64,000 nt of DNA from Piromyces finnis finn (GCA_002104945.1 MCFH01000039.1:434001-498000); one strand, 5' to 3'; counted from the stretch's first letter, positions 26,807 through 41,043 are shown. Translations and numbers: made by a program. Notes: generated by a model not told the origin, from the sequence alone.

Positions 26807-27367
26807 TGTAATGCTAACACAGAAAGAATAGATTAGGATATCTATTCTATTGCAATAACACTAAATTTAAAATAAAAATAAAAATTGTTTTATTAAAAAT
26901 ATCTATTATAATAGAAATTTTATTAATAACAATTACATCGATAAAATGATGAAAAATATCTTCTATTTATATTTTTCCTAAATGCATTTATATTATATTA
27001 TAACTATTTATTTCTTATATATTATTATTTAAAATCTACACTAAAATCTTAATTATTAATAAATATTTAAACTATAACTATTTTTAGTAAAATACAATCG
27101 GCAATTCAAATTGTTTATTATTTTTATACTATTTATCTATTTCTATGAAAAAACAATACTAAAACTAGGGATTTAAACTGAAAATTTTAATTTACTTGTT
27201 AAACATTAAAAATAAATTAATAATTTATTTTGTTTTGAACTTTAATTATTAATAAAAAATTATGTCTCATTTTCTTTTTCTGAATATAATTTGTGTAACT
27301 TAAACAATAATACTTGTGGCTTAAGTTGCATTAAAGATATCAAGTTGAGGCGTTTGATATCTTTACA
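26807..27367 (-). mobile_element. Solo LTR-B, 561 bp, inserted in Copia RNase H
   Basis: TG...CA with perfect TSD CATTT; removing it restores INTKE-M-LADPLTK. Confidence 0.9.
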
Positions 27368-30300
27368 CATTTCTTTAGTGTTTATATATTCTATTTTTAT
27401 ATTGTTCTTTTCTATGTTGTCTATAATAAAATGGTAGTGTATATTTATGTGTTTTAACTTAGTGTTTATTTCACCGTTTTCTATTATTTTCTTGCTTGCC
27501 TTGTTGTCGGTGAATAAAGTTATATTTTTGTTGTAATTAAAAATTTCATCTACCATATTTTTAATCCATAGGATTTTCTTTGTATTCATTGACGTACTGA
27601 TGTACTCAGCCTCAGCATTAGACGTAGCCACACATGTTTGTTTCTTTGACAACCAGCATATTGGGCTGTTTCCCATTAAGATTATCCCTCCAGAGGTAGA
27701 TTTAAAGTCTTCTGCGCCTCCGTAGTCCGAATCAGTGTATCCTTGGATTTTTCCTTCACCACTGTATTCGATTTTGTAATGTTTCGTAGTAGATAAGTAT
27801 CTGAAAATGTTTACAATTGTATTCCAGTCAGATACTGTTGGGTTTTCGGATTTTCTTGCAGCTTTATTAACAGCGAAAGCAATATCCGGTCTAGTACTTT
27901 TTGATAAGTATATTAATGCACCTATTGCACTTTTATATTTAGTCCTATCAAAAGGATTATTATTTGAGGTGCTCTTGTCAATTGTTGTACATGGCGTATT
28001 TCTTCAAAGTACGTTTTCCATATGAAATCTTTGTAATACATTATTAATGTAATTCTCTTGAGAAATAATGTATTTGGATCCTTTCTTCTCAATCTTTATT
28101 CCTAGAATATAATTAATGGGACCGCTATTTGATATTTTAAATTTACTTTTAATTTTGCTTATTACCCTCTCTATTGTATTTGTTTTTCCAACTATAACCA
28201 TGTCGTCTACATATAGACCAATTATACATTTTACGTATTTGTTTTCTTTTAATATATATATGGTTCGGATTTTAATGGTTTAAAGTTATTTTTCAGGAAT
28301 TTATCTATTGTTTTATTCCATTGTCTTCCTGATTGTTTTAAACCATAAAGAGCTTTATTCAGCTTCCAGTATCTTCCCCAAAGTTGCTATCTTCAAGCGG
28401 AATAGTGGTGTAAATATCCGTATCTAATGGAGCATTGAGGTAGGCAGCTTTAATATCAAGCTGAAATATATCCCACTTAAATTTTGCAGCAATAGCAATA
28501 ATAAATTTTAGACTGTCAATATTTAAGGTTGGAGAATAGGTTAAGTCAAGATCAATTCCTTCTTTTTGAAGGAAACCTCTAGCGACAAGTCTAGCTTTAA
28601 AACGTACAATTTTATTATTGCTGTCCCTTTTAACAGCAAAAACCCATTTGGTAAATATAATATTTTTATTTTTTGGGATATTTTTAATCAGTGACATAAT
28701 TTTATTAGAATATAAATTATTCAATTCATCTTGAATGGCTGCTTTCCAATATTTTGAATTTGTACAAGACATATCTTCTTTGTACGTAGTGGGAGCATCA
28801 GTAAATACGGTAGCTATATATTTGTTCTTGTGATTCTTAGTAGTACTGGAATTATTTAGAGAGGTAGGACTGCAAGGCCTTTTTCTTTCAGGATGGGAGG
28901 AATCATCAGAATTATCGGCCATAATATCATCCATGATATCATTTTCATCTTCCAAGTTTGGATCAGGATCATCCATAGATTTATTGTTGTCCGGGATAAA
29001 AGAATATGAGTCACGTGCAATATCTGGAGAGTCAGAAATTTTTGAATTTAAATTTATGTTATCATTAATATCCATAGTGTCTGAGATGGTAGAATTATCC
29101 TGTGTAACATTAGAATTTATGCTAGAATTATGACGTGGATTAATTGATTTATCATCCAATAGAATGTTATCATTTTTATTTTGAATTTTTGAGTCAATTT
29201 TTGAAAAATCTTTATTAATAAAAATTTTTTCACGATGATCAGAAATTGAATTTTCAGTAGTATTTTCACCATCATTTTTGGTATTAGAAATATTTTCAGT
29301 GGTGGAGTCATCAGTTGAAGAATTATTATAATAATCATGATTTTCAATAATTTTATTTTTGTTTTTGTCAGCAAGAGTTTTACCAGGACAAACGTTATCG
29401 GAACCAGGAGTTTCAGGATATTGGTATTTATTATTTTATTGATATTATTTGAAATTTTACAATTTTTCTTTTCGAAATTGCAATTGTCATTTGCAATTTC
29501 TTCTAAAACTTTTAAAATGTCATTAGTAAATTTATTTTTGTCAAATTTCGAATTTGAATTATTATTTTTGTTTTGAGTGTCTTCATTCATGTATAAAGAA
29601 TTTGTTTTTGAATTGTTCATTAAATTACTTTTTGAGATTTCCTTAGTTTGAGAAATAATATTAGTCCTTTTGTTATTTTCTTCCTCTTTCCTTTCAGTTT
29701 TTTCGTTATAAGTTAAATTTTTATCAACCAGGTCCTCGTCCATAGTACTTATATCGTCTTCATTTACCGTTTTTTCTTCTACTTCTTCTTCATTTACTTC
29801 TTCTTCTATTATTCCTTCATCTTTTACTTCTTCTCCATTGTTTTTAAAGTGGAAATTCACCTTCTTCTTGGAAGTAGTCCTTTCTGTATTATTGTTCTCA
29901 TTATTTATATTTGAATTTGTATCTGTAGTGTTGTTGTTCTTGCTGTCAACAACTTTCTCTTTTAAACCTTCTGTGTTATTGTTGTTCCTCGACGAATCTG
30001 AGGAGACCTTATTGTCGTAATTGTTGATATTATATGAATCGTTGAAAGAGAAATACGGATTGTTAATATTTTTATTTTTATAAGTGTACTGTGCCGGCTT
30101 ATCTTCACAGCATTCTATTTCTCTAGAATAGTGAATTTTAAGTTTATCACCACAAATTTCCATGACTATATATGAGTGATGTACTTCACTGAACCCAAGA
30201 AATATTCCTTCCTTTGAGTTTGGCGCGAATTTTGACTTTTTAAGGGAATAGTCCTTAAAGTAACATATACATCCAAATACCTTTAGGTATTTTAGATCGG

Positions 30301-33300
30301 CCTCCTCGTTGGTAAATACTTCGTCAGGGATTAAATTATTATTTTCTTGGTGTGGTATTTTGTTGTAAATATAACAAGAATATTTTACAGCAAAACTCCA
30401 AAAGTCTTCAGATAATTTAACCCAATATAAAAGTGTTTTAGCATAATTTTGAATAGTTTGGTTTATTCTTTCTGCTTTACCATTTAATTAATGTACGTAA
30501 GGAAGTGAGTTTATCTTAGATATACCGTTTTCCTTACAATATTTTATAACTTTACTACTGTTATATTCTTTTGCACCATCTGTCTTAAATGTTTTGACTT
30601 TATATTGGTCAAAAGTGTTATTGACATTCTTTAGGAATTCAATAATGATATCAGGTGCTTCAGATCTTGACTTGAGAGTATAAATCCAAAGTTTTCTTGA
30701 ATATTCATCCAGTATAGTCATAAAATATTTCTTATTGTTTATGGATGAATTAAACGGGCCTGAAATATCGGAGTGAATAGTCTTTAGAACTCTTCCGGTT
30801 TTAGGTACGGTTTTGTTGTGGGGAGACTTCTTCATTTTTGATATTTTGCAGTCTAGGCAAGGCGTTACTTTAATTTTATGTTGATTTAGATATTTCTTCA
30901 GATCCTTCTGGTAGAAATGGCCTAATCTCTTATGCCATATATCTAAATCATCTTCAAAATTTGCAATAAATGGTTCATTTTTATCTTTATTAATGTTTAT
31001 GAGTTTAATTTGAATTGGTTTAATTCATTTGAGTATGTTTGCATTATATTTTATTTTCAAGGACTCTGAAAATAAAGTCTGACTTTCCCATCGTCAGTAA
31101 TATCTATAACGCTTCTTAAACCAACTTTAGTAAGTCCTACACCACTAATTAAATTCTTGCTAACTTTATCTGAGTACAAAACTTTTTCTAACTTGTAAGT
31201 TTTGTCTTTTATCTTGAACTCATATGAACCATAACCACTAAATTCACAGGTAGTTCCATTTGCACATCTAAGTTGGATGTGTTCTTCTGTGAAGTTTTCT
31301 AAGATGTCCTTATCATTAACTATATGTTCGGCGGCACCAGTATCGTAGAACCATTCGTCGTACTTATTTTCTCCATACACATAATCTATATTCTTTACAT
31401 TAGGAGAGTCTTCTTTTGTAGCTTCATCTTTTTCAATAAGGTAGATACTTCTTTCCGTTAAAGGCCTAATATCTTCAAATTCTACGTTAATACCGTAACT
31501 TTCGTTGTCGTCATAGTTTTCGACGAAATCTACTTCTTGTTCGAATTTCTTTTGTTGTTTTTTCTTGTGAACTTGCATCCCTTGTTGTGAATTTCTTTTA
31601 GATTTGTTTTGGTTATAGGCCTTATTATTACTGTTTCTTCTTTGTTCTCTTTCCATTTTGGCCTTTTGATTATATTCACACATTTCGGTTGAGTGACCAT
31701 GTTCACAGCAGATATGACAATAAGTACGGTGGCTTCTATTTATATTTCTTCTGTTACCGTAGCTTTTATTCTTTGTTGATTTGTTTTCTCTAACAAAATC
31801 AACATCCATTGGATCATCAACTTCGACATCTTCATCTTGGTCGTTGTTGATTCAATCCTCGAAATAGGATTTGGCACTGATGTAACTTTTGACCTTCTCA
31901 TAGAGTTGATCAGAAGTTTCGTCTAAAGTTATATTCAATTGGTTCTTGACACTTCGTGGAAGGGAATTGTACATAAATTTCAATTTTTCCCTTTCACTTA
32001 AGGACATTCTTTGTTCAGACATCTCAAGGAAGATTTCCTTGATTTTATCAATGGTTTTACTGACTTTGCTTACATCTTCAGTATATAATTTTCTTAACTT
32101 TTTTAGCAAGTATTCGATGTCTGCATTAGCGTTACCGTATTTTGTATTCAACTTCTTGAATACTTGGTAACAGCTAGTACTATGACCAATCTCTCTGAGG
32201 ATCTACTGATGGGGAAACAAAAGTCATACCATTTGGACATTCCTCTTATGATACTGACTTGACCCACGAAAAATACATGGAACCCCTCTTTCCTAATCCC
32301 AATAACAACACATGGGAAAAATTGTGGAGTTAAGGGATATATTTTAGTGCAAGTGTGATTACATACGCAAAAATAGAAAGGATTCAAATATAGGCCAACA
32401 ACAAGGCAAACCCCCTACTGTTTATAATATGTATTTTGAAGATGAAAATAATAATATGAGAGGAAGAAATGCTGCCTAGTCTTCCCTAACTCAAAGTACC
32501 CTTCATGAGTTAGGCATAAGAGGAGGAAGCAAAAACCCTCCCTATTCTAAAATTAATTCAACCCTGGCTATAGCTACAGATACAGCTACAGCTATAACTA
32601 CAACTACAACTACAACTACGACTCCTAATTGGCTTCAATACTCTATGGATAAGGGTAGTTGTAATACTAATTTGAATAATGAAAACTTGGTTATGGAGAA
32701 CTTATTGGATCCTCTAAATAAAATTACTTTAGAGGAATTCAACAAATTAAGAAATTTATACAATGGATTAATAAAGTTGAAACACTTGAACGAAATTATT
32801 TATCTCTTACTGATAAGGTGAATACTTATCACTTATTATATGAAAATAATGATTTAGAAGTAAGAGAGAAAATAAAAAGTGTTTTTAATAATATTAAAAG
32901 CGAAAGTAATTCTTATAGTGAAATTATTCCCTCAGTTACTTATGCTATAAAAGCAGCGGGCAAGGCAAATTCACCCTCAAGACTAAATGCTATAGTGGAA
33001 CGTCGTAAGAGGGTTGAAGAAAAATTAAAAGAAGAAAAGAAGAAAGAAATAATAAATGCGAAGAAATAGAAAAGATAATTAAACAATATTACAATAAATT
33101 ACCTTCAAATTTAAGAAAAGCATATGATGAAGGTAATATTGAAAAAATTCAAAAGTCTTTTCTTGGTTTAACAACTAAAACCAAGATTAGCATCCAAAGA
33201 CTTCAAAAGAGTCTATGTAAAAGGAATACAAATAAGCCCAATAAGATCTAAGAGAATTTTTTGAATCTATAGAAATTCATAAAAAGGATTTAAAAAATAT

Positions 33301-33985
33301 CTCTTTTATTGGAACTGACATGTGAGTTGGTTATTGTTTCTTCATATTTAGAGACCTTTGAACAATATATGTTTATTGCTTCAAAGATACCATCTTTAAA
33401 TATTGAATATCTGAAGGATTTCAACCTTTATCAATGCTATGAAAAAAATCCTTCAAAAGAAGATATATATAAAGTTGAAAAGTCCTTTTACAATAGAATT
33501 TCAGGAATTATCGCTCGCCCAAACAGTCCTGATTATATAAAAGAATTCTTTATGGATGTTCTAAATGATTCTAACTTTAAAACTATTGATAAATTTAGTG
33601 ATGAATTATTGGATAAAAATCCTCTTGATACTACTACTATTTCTGGCTCTGACTCTGACTCTGACTCTGGTTCTGGTTCTGATTCTGCTACTACTGTTAC
33701 TAATCCTATTAATGATAAAGTGATGGAAGATGCTTCAAAAGTTAATAATAATGAAGAAAATAATTTAAATAAAAAGAGAAAAAATCCTAATGAAAGTTAT
33801 AGTGAAACCGTACTTTATAAAAGAGTTGATCAAAGAAATGGTAAAAAGATATCTCCATAATAAAAATATAATTGCTTCCATCAATAAAGAAAATAATGTA
33901 GCAACTTCAAATCCTAAATTTTCAAGTTTTTCAGGTGGAACAATAATTCCTGAAACCCCAAAGTCTCAATATCTGTAACGAATAC

Positions 33986-35739
33986 TGTCACAATAACATA
34001 TATAAAAATTTAAAAAATTTGGACACATGGAAAAAATTAAAAATTTTTTTAAAATTTGAAAATTTGAAAATTTGAAAAAATTTATTTTTTAAATTTTTAT
34101 TAAAAAATTTCAAATTATAAAATTTCTAATATTTGAAATTATTAAATTTTTTTAAAATTATTAAAATTTTATTATTAAAAATTCTATTTTAAATTTATTA
34201 ACTATTTACAATAATTATATTAATTATTAATTTATAAAAATTAAATATTTTATAATTAGACAATAATTAATTAAAATTAAAAAATGTAATAATTAAAATT
34301 GTTCATGTATAAAAAGAACAAAAATTGACAAAAATTACGAAGCTTTAGCGTTAGTAATTTTTTAACTTAAAGTTAATAAAATTTATAAACTCCTATAAAA
34401 CCTAAAACTTTAAAAATTTTAATATTTTTAATAACTTAATATATGCTGATATTAAGTTATTGCTAAAATAAAAATATTATTTAATTTTCTTTATATAAAT
34501 ATTATTAGCTTTACGCCTTCAATAGGAAAGCGTATTATATTTGTTAATTAATATATGTAAAAGTTTTACTAAACTTATAATTTAATATTAAAATATTAAA
34601 TTAAATAAAAGGTTAAAAGATAACTAGGTTAGAAAAAAAAATGTTTTATTAAAATAATCTTAATTGATTTATAAATGAATAATTAAATTATATATTATGG
34701 TTAAAATAATTTCTTTTATTTTATTTAATGATATATTGCTAAAATATATAATAATAAGATTATTTAGTAGTGATACTCATTAAGTATTAATTATTATTAA
34801 TAGTTAATAATTTATAGTTAATAATCTTTAGTTAATAATTTATAGTTAATAATTTAATAATTTATGGTTAATAATTTTTGGTTAATAATCTTTACAAAGA
34901 TTTTAATTTCATAAACTATTCTAAACTATTTATACTATTTGTAATTTTACATTTAATAATAAAATAACTTTTCAATACATGATTATATTCATAATATATT
35001 TTATAATACTTAAACTAAACTTAAGACTTATTCCTAATTATTAAAAAATAACTATTGTTCATAATATTCATAATATTAATTATTTCTTAATTATAATATA
35101 ATTCATTGAATATAATATTAATAATTATAATCCTCTAGTTCAAAGATTATAAATTATGTTATTGAAATAATTATTATAAAATAAAGTTAATTAGTTCCGG
35201 AAAATAATTTTAATTTAATTAAACAATAATTTTTATACGTTGAGTGAATGATTTATGTTTGATATATCAGGGGTGATCATTCTCTGAATAAACAATTAAT
35301 CATTGCTAACAAAATATCTTTAAATTGGAATATCTCGTGAACCAGCAGAGATATTGACCTGATTTTAAGATATGTTGTTTGTCTCGAGCGTGGCTTTCTA
35401 ACGAACGTAATTATAACCAAAATATTTTTATTCAAAAATCGTCATTCGTTGAGGAGATACGCGTGTTTTTTCTTATTCCATTTTAACGATAAGGGTTAAA
35501 GTTATTTATTATAAAAATTATTAAGGGTTAAGGTCATATTTTAACCTTTTCTAAATTTTTAAATATTTCTTAATAAAATTTTATAATTTATTTGAAAATA
35601 AAATATTTGTTGATTTTGAAATTTCATAAGTGATTTCACAATTCCAAGTGATCTTGAAATTGTATTTTCACTAGTATTCGTGACAATATAACTAGTGTGC
35701 TTACCACACTTTTCTTTAATAAAAAATCGCTTTTTGACA
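33986..35739 (+). mobile_element. Solo LTR-C (contains LTR-D)
   Basis: About 98% identical by eye to 8397-8911 apart from a ~100-bp indel; flanks AATAC/AATGC. Confidence 0.88.
34556..35685. mobile_element. Solo LTR-D, 1130 bp
   Basis: TGTAAAAG...GTATTCGTGACA with TSD ATATA; absent from the 8397 LTR-C copy; contains a 14-bp tandem (GTTAATAATTTATA) near 34800-34890. Confidence 0.85.
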
Positions 35740-35744
35740 AATGC

Positions 35745-36802
35745 TGTAAAAGGTTTTTTATATTATTAGTTAATAAGTTACTAATTAGTTAATTAAGTTA
35801 GTTATTACCTCTCTATACGAGTTAATAACTAAATAAAGTTTTATAAAAAATAATAAAAGAAAGAAAATAAATATTATAACACTAAAATAAATATAAACAC
35901 TTATATAAATATTTTATGAAATAACTTTTACTTAAATAATTATATTTTAATTATATCTTTTATTTATTTATTATAATTATAATACATTAATTATTATTAT
36001 AGCTATTAATTTACTTTAATACTAACGCTAAAGTATTTAACGTTAGTTTTGACTATACTATTTAACTATATGAGTTTATTTTCTTTACCACTTGATTGGG
36101 TAAAGCAAATAAACTTCCTATTTAATTAATAACCATTAATATATGGCTATACATATATTTGGCCAATAAATGGTGACCAGAATATATGGTTTCAATTGAA
36201 ATATTTGTGGGCAAACTTATGGCCACAAATATTTCTTACAATGATACGTAGAAAATATTATCTTAATTCTATAAATGAATATAGAAAGTGATAATATTTG
36301 TATCTAAAAAATAATATTTAATAAATAAAATTTAAAGAAAATAAAAATAAATGATTTTTATACTTGTTCATTTTCAAGTATTAGTTAGTTTTATAAAATA
36401 TAGTTTATTTAATTATAAATTTTGATATTTAATAACTCTAGTATTATTAAATATATATTTTATTATGAATACATCTCGGTATGTATGTGAATATAATTAT
36501 AAGTATTATTTTAATAAATTTAATATTATTATCTAATTTTTCTGGATTATTAGGAACATTTTTAAAAATAAGTAATTCTATCACTATTTATACAAAATTA
36601 TTATTTTAAGATATAATTATAAACAAATATAAACTATTTAATTTAAAAAGAAATAAACAATTAAATAAACAAAAAGTTTACATTTATAATTTTTAATTTA
36701 ATAATTTTATACATGTTAAATATTTTAAATTTTTATCTATATTTTAATTATTATTATTATTATTATTAATTTATAATTTATAAATTTAATTATTTATCAA
36801 CA
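35745..36802. mobile_element. Solo LTR-E, 1058 bp
   Basis: TGTAAAAGG...TTATCAACA with perfect TSD AATGC (35740-35744, 36803-36807). Confidence 0.85.
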
Positions 36803-36815
36803 AATGCTAGAAATA

Positions 36816-36888
36816 ACTAAATTGTCTTAGTGGTTAGTAGCTAAGACTTTGAGTCTGAATGACAATAGTTCAAGACATCATAGATACT
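36816..36888 (+). pseudogene. Degenerate tRNA-Gln(UUG)-like cassette
   Basis: A-box-like TGTCTTAGTGG (36823), anticodon arm TAAGA-CTTTGAG-TCTGA (TTG at 36849-36851), consensus B box GTTCAAGAC (36868-36876). Acceptor and T stems unpaired. Confidence 0.65.
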
Positions 36889-37540
36889 ATTTTAAAAAAT
36901 TATAATTTTATTTTATTTTCAAATTTTATTTTATATAAAGATTATTGATTGGTTAAGAATTTTAAGTTGAAAAAATTTTATAAATTAATTTAAAAAATTT
37001 TTAGTATAAATACGAGTGAATTTTCCCAAATATTTTAAAGAATCGAGATTTTATTAATAAATAATTATATTATTAAACACTAACTTATTAAGTTAAATTC
37101 TATGTGCTTTTAATGATATTTTTATAAATTAATAATTTACAGAATATTTTAAAGTGTTAATATTACTAAGTTATTTAGTAAATATTATAATTTGTTTTTA
37201 TTGTTAAAGACACATTTCTTTACAATATCCAAACTTGACTTCAGGAAAAAATATTGTTTCAACACAAGTTCTTTTAGAAGAAACAGAGTACCCGACCCCC
37301 CTTTTTTCAATAGAAAATGAAATTTCAACTCAGGAATGTTTAGTGGAAGCAGTAATTCCAACTCAAATATTATCTGAAGAAACTGGAATTTCTAGAACTC
37401 AAACTCTTGTGGTAAACAATAATAATAACTCTAAACTTGATAGTTCTCTTGAATTCTCTCCTTTAAATTTATCTGATTTTTAAAGTTTTTTTCTTTTTAA
37501 AGAACCAGTCATAATTATTAAAAGCATATAGTATAAATAT

Positions 37541-40500
37541 ATGAATATTATGAATATATTTAATACTAATACATTTAATAATAATAACTCAGAAAATACT
37601 TTGCCATCTAGAGTGACTCTAGATAATTTTTTTAAATTATCATATAAAAAACTTAAATTAATTCATATAATTGACAAAAGACTAGAATTATATGAATTTA
37701 AATCATCATTATTAAACAATTTAAATTACGATTCAAACAAAAATATTTTTTATTATAATGAAATTCATAATTTAAATATTTTATATATTAATGCTAATGG
37801 TTTAGGAGATGTAAAACAAATCATTACATTAAATAATCTGATATATAAATATGATATAATATTTATATCAGAATCATGGTTTATCGACCATGAAAAAATA
37901 ATCAATGAACCCTATTTTGTTAGTTCAACACCATTAAAGTTGAAAAAGGGATTCAGACAAATCGATGGGATCTACTGTTTTGCTAATCCCTTAATGAAAA
38001 AAATGATAAAGGTGTTGTATCTAACAAAATACAGTATTACTATAAAGGTCATGGGTAAAATCATTAAAGCAATTTATTATCCACCTTCATTAAATAATGA
38101 AAAATTTGATAATGAATTTAATGATCTTTTCAAACCGGATCTTGTTCTTGGTGATTTTAATATCAATATATATAAACAGTATCCTTTAAAAAAACATAAT
38201 ATTTTAAATAAGTATTGTTCTTCCCGTAGTCTTTATCCTTTAATACCAATTAAGAAGAGCAATATATGCTTACCTAGATTAGATCATGTCTTTGCAAAAG
38301 AGGATTTAAAAAGGTAAGCTTTACGTTGGAAGTGCCCCTTTACGTACTGATCACCCAGCATTAGAAGTATCAATACTTGTTAATAATTCTATTGCTGTTG
38401 AAGATAATAGTGGTGTCAATGAAAAATCATATAAATTAAAATATGATTTAAATAATTTAAAATATGCATATATAAGGAAAGCATTCAAGGATAGGATTAA
38501 TATAATGTCTGATAATATAATAAAGTATTATGAAAAAATCAATTTAGCTTTTTTTTACCTCTTCAATAAAAATTAAGCAAGAAATGGTAGATAAAGCTGA
38601 TGATATTCTTATTGGTTTACTTCAAGATTTTTCAAAAGATCTTTTGGGTGAAGTAAAAGAAAACAAAAAAGTAAACCAAATAAGAACTTATTATAATTTA
38701 ATAAATTCAAATAATAGAAAAAGTATTCACCCTACCACCCCTACCACTACCACTACCACTAATAATACCAGTACTACTACTAATACCAATACCCTTACAA
38801 ATATTAATAATAATTATTGGAATGAAAATAAAGATAATCTAGATGATTACTACTTCAATTAGATTATTTAAAGAACATATAAAAGATTCTTCAGGAATGC
38901 CTTTATATGTACAATCTTCAAGCCCTAATAAAAATGAAGTAGAAGATGCTTATGATTATTATAAGGAATATTATAAACCTCTTAATAATCAATTTTCTCC
39001 CTATAATTTAAGACATTTATATTCAGGGAATAAAAGTCAAACATTTTATGACTATTTAACAAAGGAAAAAGTAGTCAATAAAATAAACAATCTACCATCA
39101 AATAAAGCATGTGGTAGTGATGGTATACATACTATCCTTTTAAAGTCGATGAATGATAGTATGTTGCCAGATATACTAACTGAATTATTCAAGTTATGTA
39201 TATCATTTGGGATGACACCTTTGCGTTGGAATAAATCAGTGATATATCCTATACCAAAAAAGAAAGAATCATGCTAAATCCAAGATTTCCGTCCCATAGC
39301 ATTGACTAATATTTTTAGGAAGATATTTGAAGGTTTGCTACTTGATTTCATTAAAGAAAAGATGGAATCCGAATTCAAGGTATGTAGGAATCAAGCAAGC
39401 TTTAGAAGGGGATACTCCACCATTACCCATGCCTTGATTTCAAATGAAACCGCGTAAAAAGGAAGTAAGCAAACCCATATATTGATCTCAAGAAAGCATA
39501 TGATTCAGTTCCTATTAAATGCCTGATTAAAAAATTGAAAAATAGAAAGGTGGAAAGCGGTATAATTTCATTGGTAACTTCATTATTTACCGAATGCAGT
39601 ACAAGAATTATAGTCAATAATGTTTTTACTAATGAAATAAGAATGGATCGAGGTTTGATGCAAGGAGCCATCTTATCTCCATTGTTGTTTAATATTTTCA
39701 TTGATGATCTAGCAAGTTCATTAAACAACGCTTATCCTAATGATCCATTGCCACATTCATTATTTTTTGCGGATGATATAAAATTAAACCACAGTGATCA
39801 AAATTCGTTGCAAGACATGATGAATGTCTGTAACAACTGGGCCGAGGATAATGGTATGGAGTTCAATATAGATAAATCAGCCTATCTTTTGAATCCGGAC
39901 ATACCATTGGAAAAGCCATTTTATCTTTATAAAAATAGCGAGTGGAAAGAATTAGCTGGTGTGGAAAGTTACAAGTACCTAGGATTTCCACATACCAGTA
40001 AGGGGATTGACTTTAAGAAGCATTTAAATCATTCAGCGTTAAAGGCCTTGTCCATACTTCAATCCCTTGACTACTATAAGGAGGTGTAACCGGAGTATAT
40101 TAAGTTGAATATATTCCGAATGTACATTAGACCCGTTATGGAATATTCAGCAGGTCTAGCCTTCTACTGGATGAAGGAAATTCAATGTCTTAAGAACCAA
40201 AGTGGTAGACCCAATTATAGTGAAATCGAGAGTTACCATGAAGTTATTGAAAAGGGTCTACGATGGATATTAGGCTATGGGAAATTGTCCAATGCATACT
40301 GTCTTCTTGGTGTACCAGGTAGTTTAATGCGGTTATATATTTTAGCATTAAAGTTACGTGTGCATATTTCAAAGACGGACAAAGATAACCCAATCAATGT
40401 AGCGTTCCATCCACCGTCAAGAGAAACACCAGTGGTGTCATCTTTTTCATTTCTCCACAAAGTAGTTAAATGGAATGGGTTGTTTAACGAATATGATTAC

Positions 40501-41043
40501 TTTGGACTTCCACCTTCCAAGGGTCAAGAAGTACAAAGCTTGGGAATAAAAAAAGGAAAGAAATTAAATACGACAAGGGAGAAGCTTCTTGATGGGTTGG
40601 AAGGAAGAATTAACGATATGGTGTATTGGAACTTTCAAAAGTTAACCATGAACCAATGTATCCTACCTCAAGCAAGAACCTACGATAAAGAGAAAGAAAA
40701 GTCCAAGCTAATTACCACTGATAAATGTGTCTTTATAAGAAATAAAATGATAAGAAGAAATGCCATAGCTTGAAGATTAAATGCCATTGGGGTAGGAAAT
40801 AAAAGAATGTGTCCTCTATGTGGTAATGATTTCCATAGAAGTCATATTAATAAATGCAATTTTATCCTTTCACCACCCTTTAATACTATCTTGAAGGAAA
40901 AGGATATAATAGCATTTAAAGATAAGAAGAAACATCCTAATTTACCACCTACCTACAATATATTAGATTTCTTACTTAATCATAAAAAATATGAGGTATT
41001 TGGTGAATTTATAGATGCATTATATAAATATTGGGTTAATTAA
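37541..41043 (+). pseudogene. LINE ORF2 (AP endonuclease + reverse transcriptase + zinc finger)
   Basis: LYINANGL, IFISESW, LGDFNI, RLDHVF, TDHPA; KACGSDGI, FRPIALTN, DLKKAYDSV, GLMQGAILSPLLFNIFID, FFADDI, YKYLG; CPLCGNDFHRSHINKC; several stops and frameshifts. Confidence 0.9.

Larger units (their letters stand above)
26524..32200 (-). mobile_element. Decayed Ty1/Copia element, 5'-truncated
   Basis: gag with CCHC knuckle (CHICCEHGHSTEMC), protease WFYDTGA, WHKRLGH, IHSDISGPF, TILDEYSR, KTDGAKEY, RT FKARLVARGF and QLDIKAAYLNA, RNase H YTDSDYGG; PPT GAGGGGGAG at 26709-26717; several stops and frameshifts. Confidence 0.92.
33974..37224 (+). mobile_element. Solo LTR-T copy 2 (~435 bp of own sequence) containing LTR-C, LTR-D and LTR-E
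   Basis: TGTAACG...TTTCTTTACA with perfect TSD ATATC (33969-33973, 37225-37229); removal restores the ORF1 frame. Confidence 0.88.
32400..37483 (+). pseudogene. LINE ORF1, fragmented and split by a 3251-bp nested insertion
   Basis: Fragments 32818-33069, 33309-33860, 33790-33978, 37235-37483. Removing 33974-37229 fuses PETPKSQY to PNLTSGKNIV in frame. Confidence 0.65.

Noticed and set aside
32560-33690. 6-bp repeats (GCTACA)n at ~32570 and (TCTGAC)n at ~33650
   Set aside because: Ordinary low-complexity codon repeats within or near LINE ORF1.
8924-36888. Functional tRNA-Gln genes
   Set aside because: Acceptor and T stems do not pair and one anticodon loop has 6 nt; treated as tRNA-derived cassettes.
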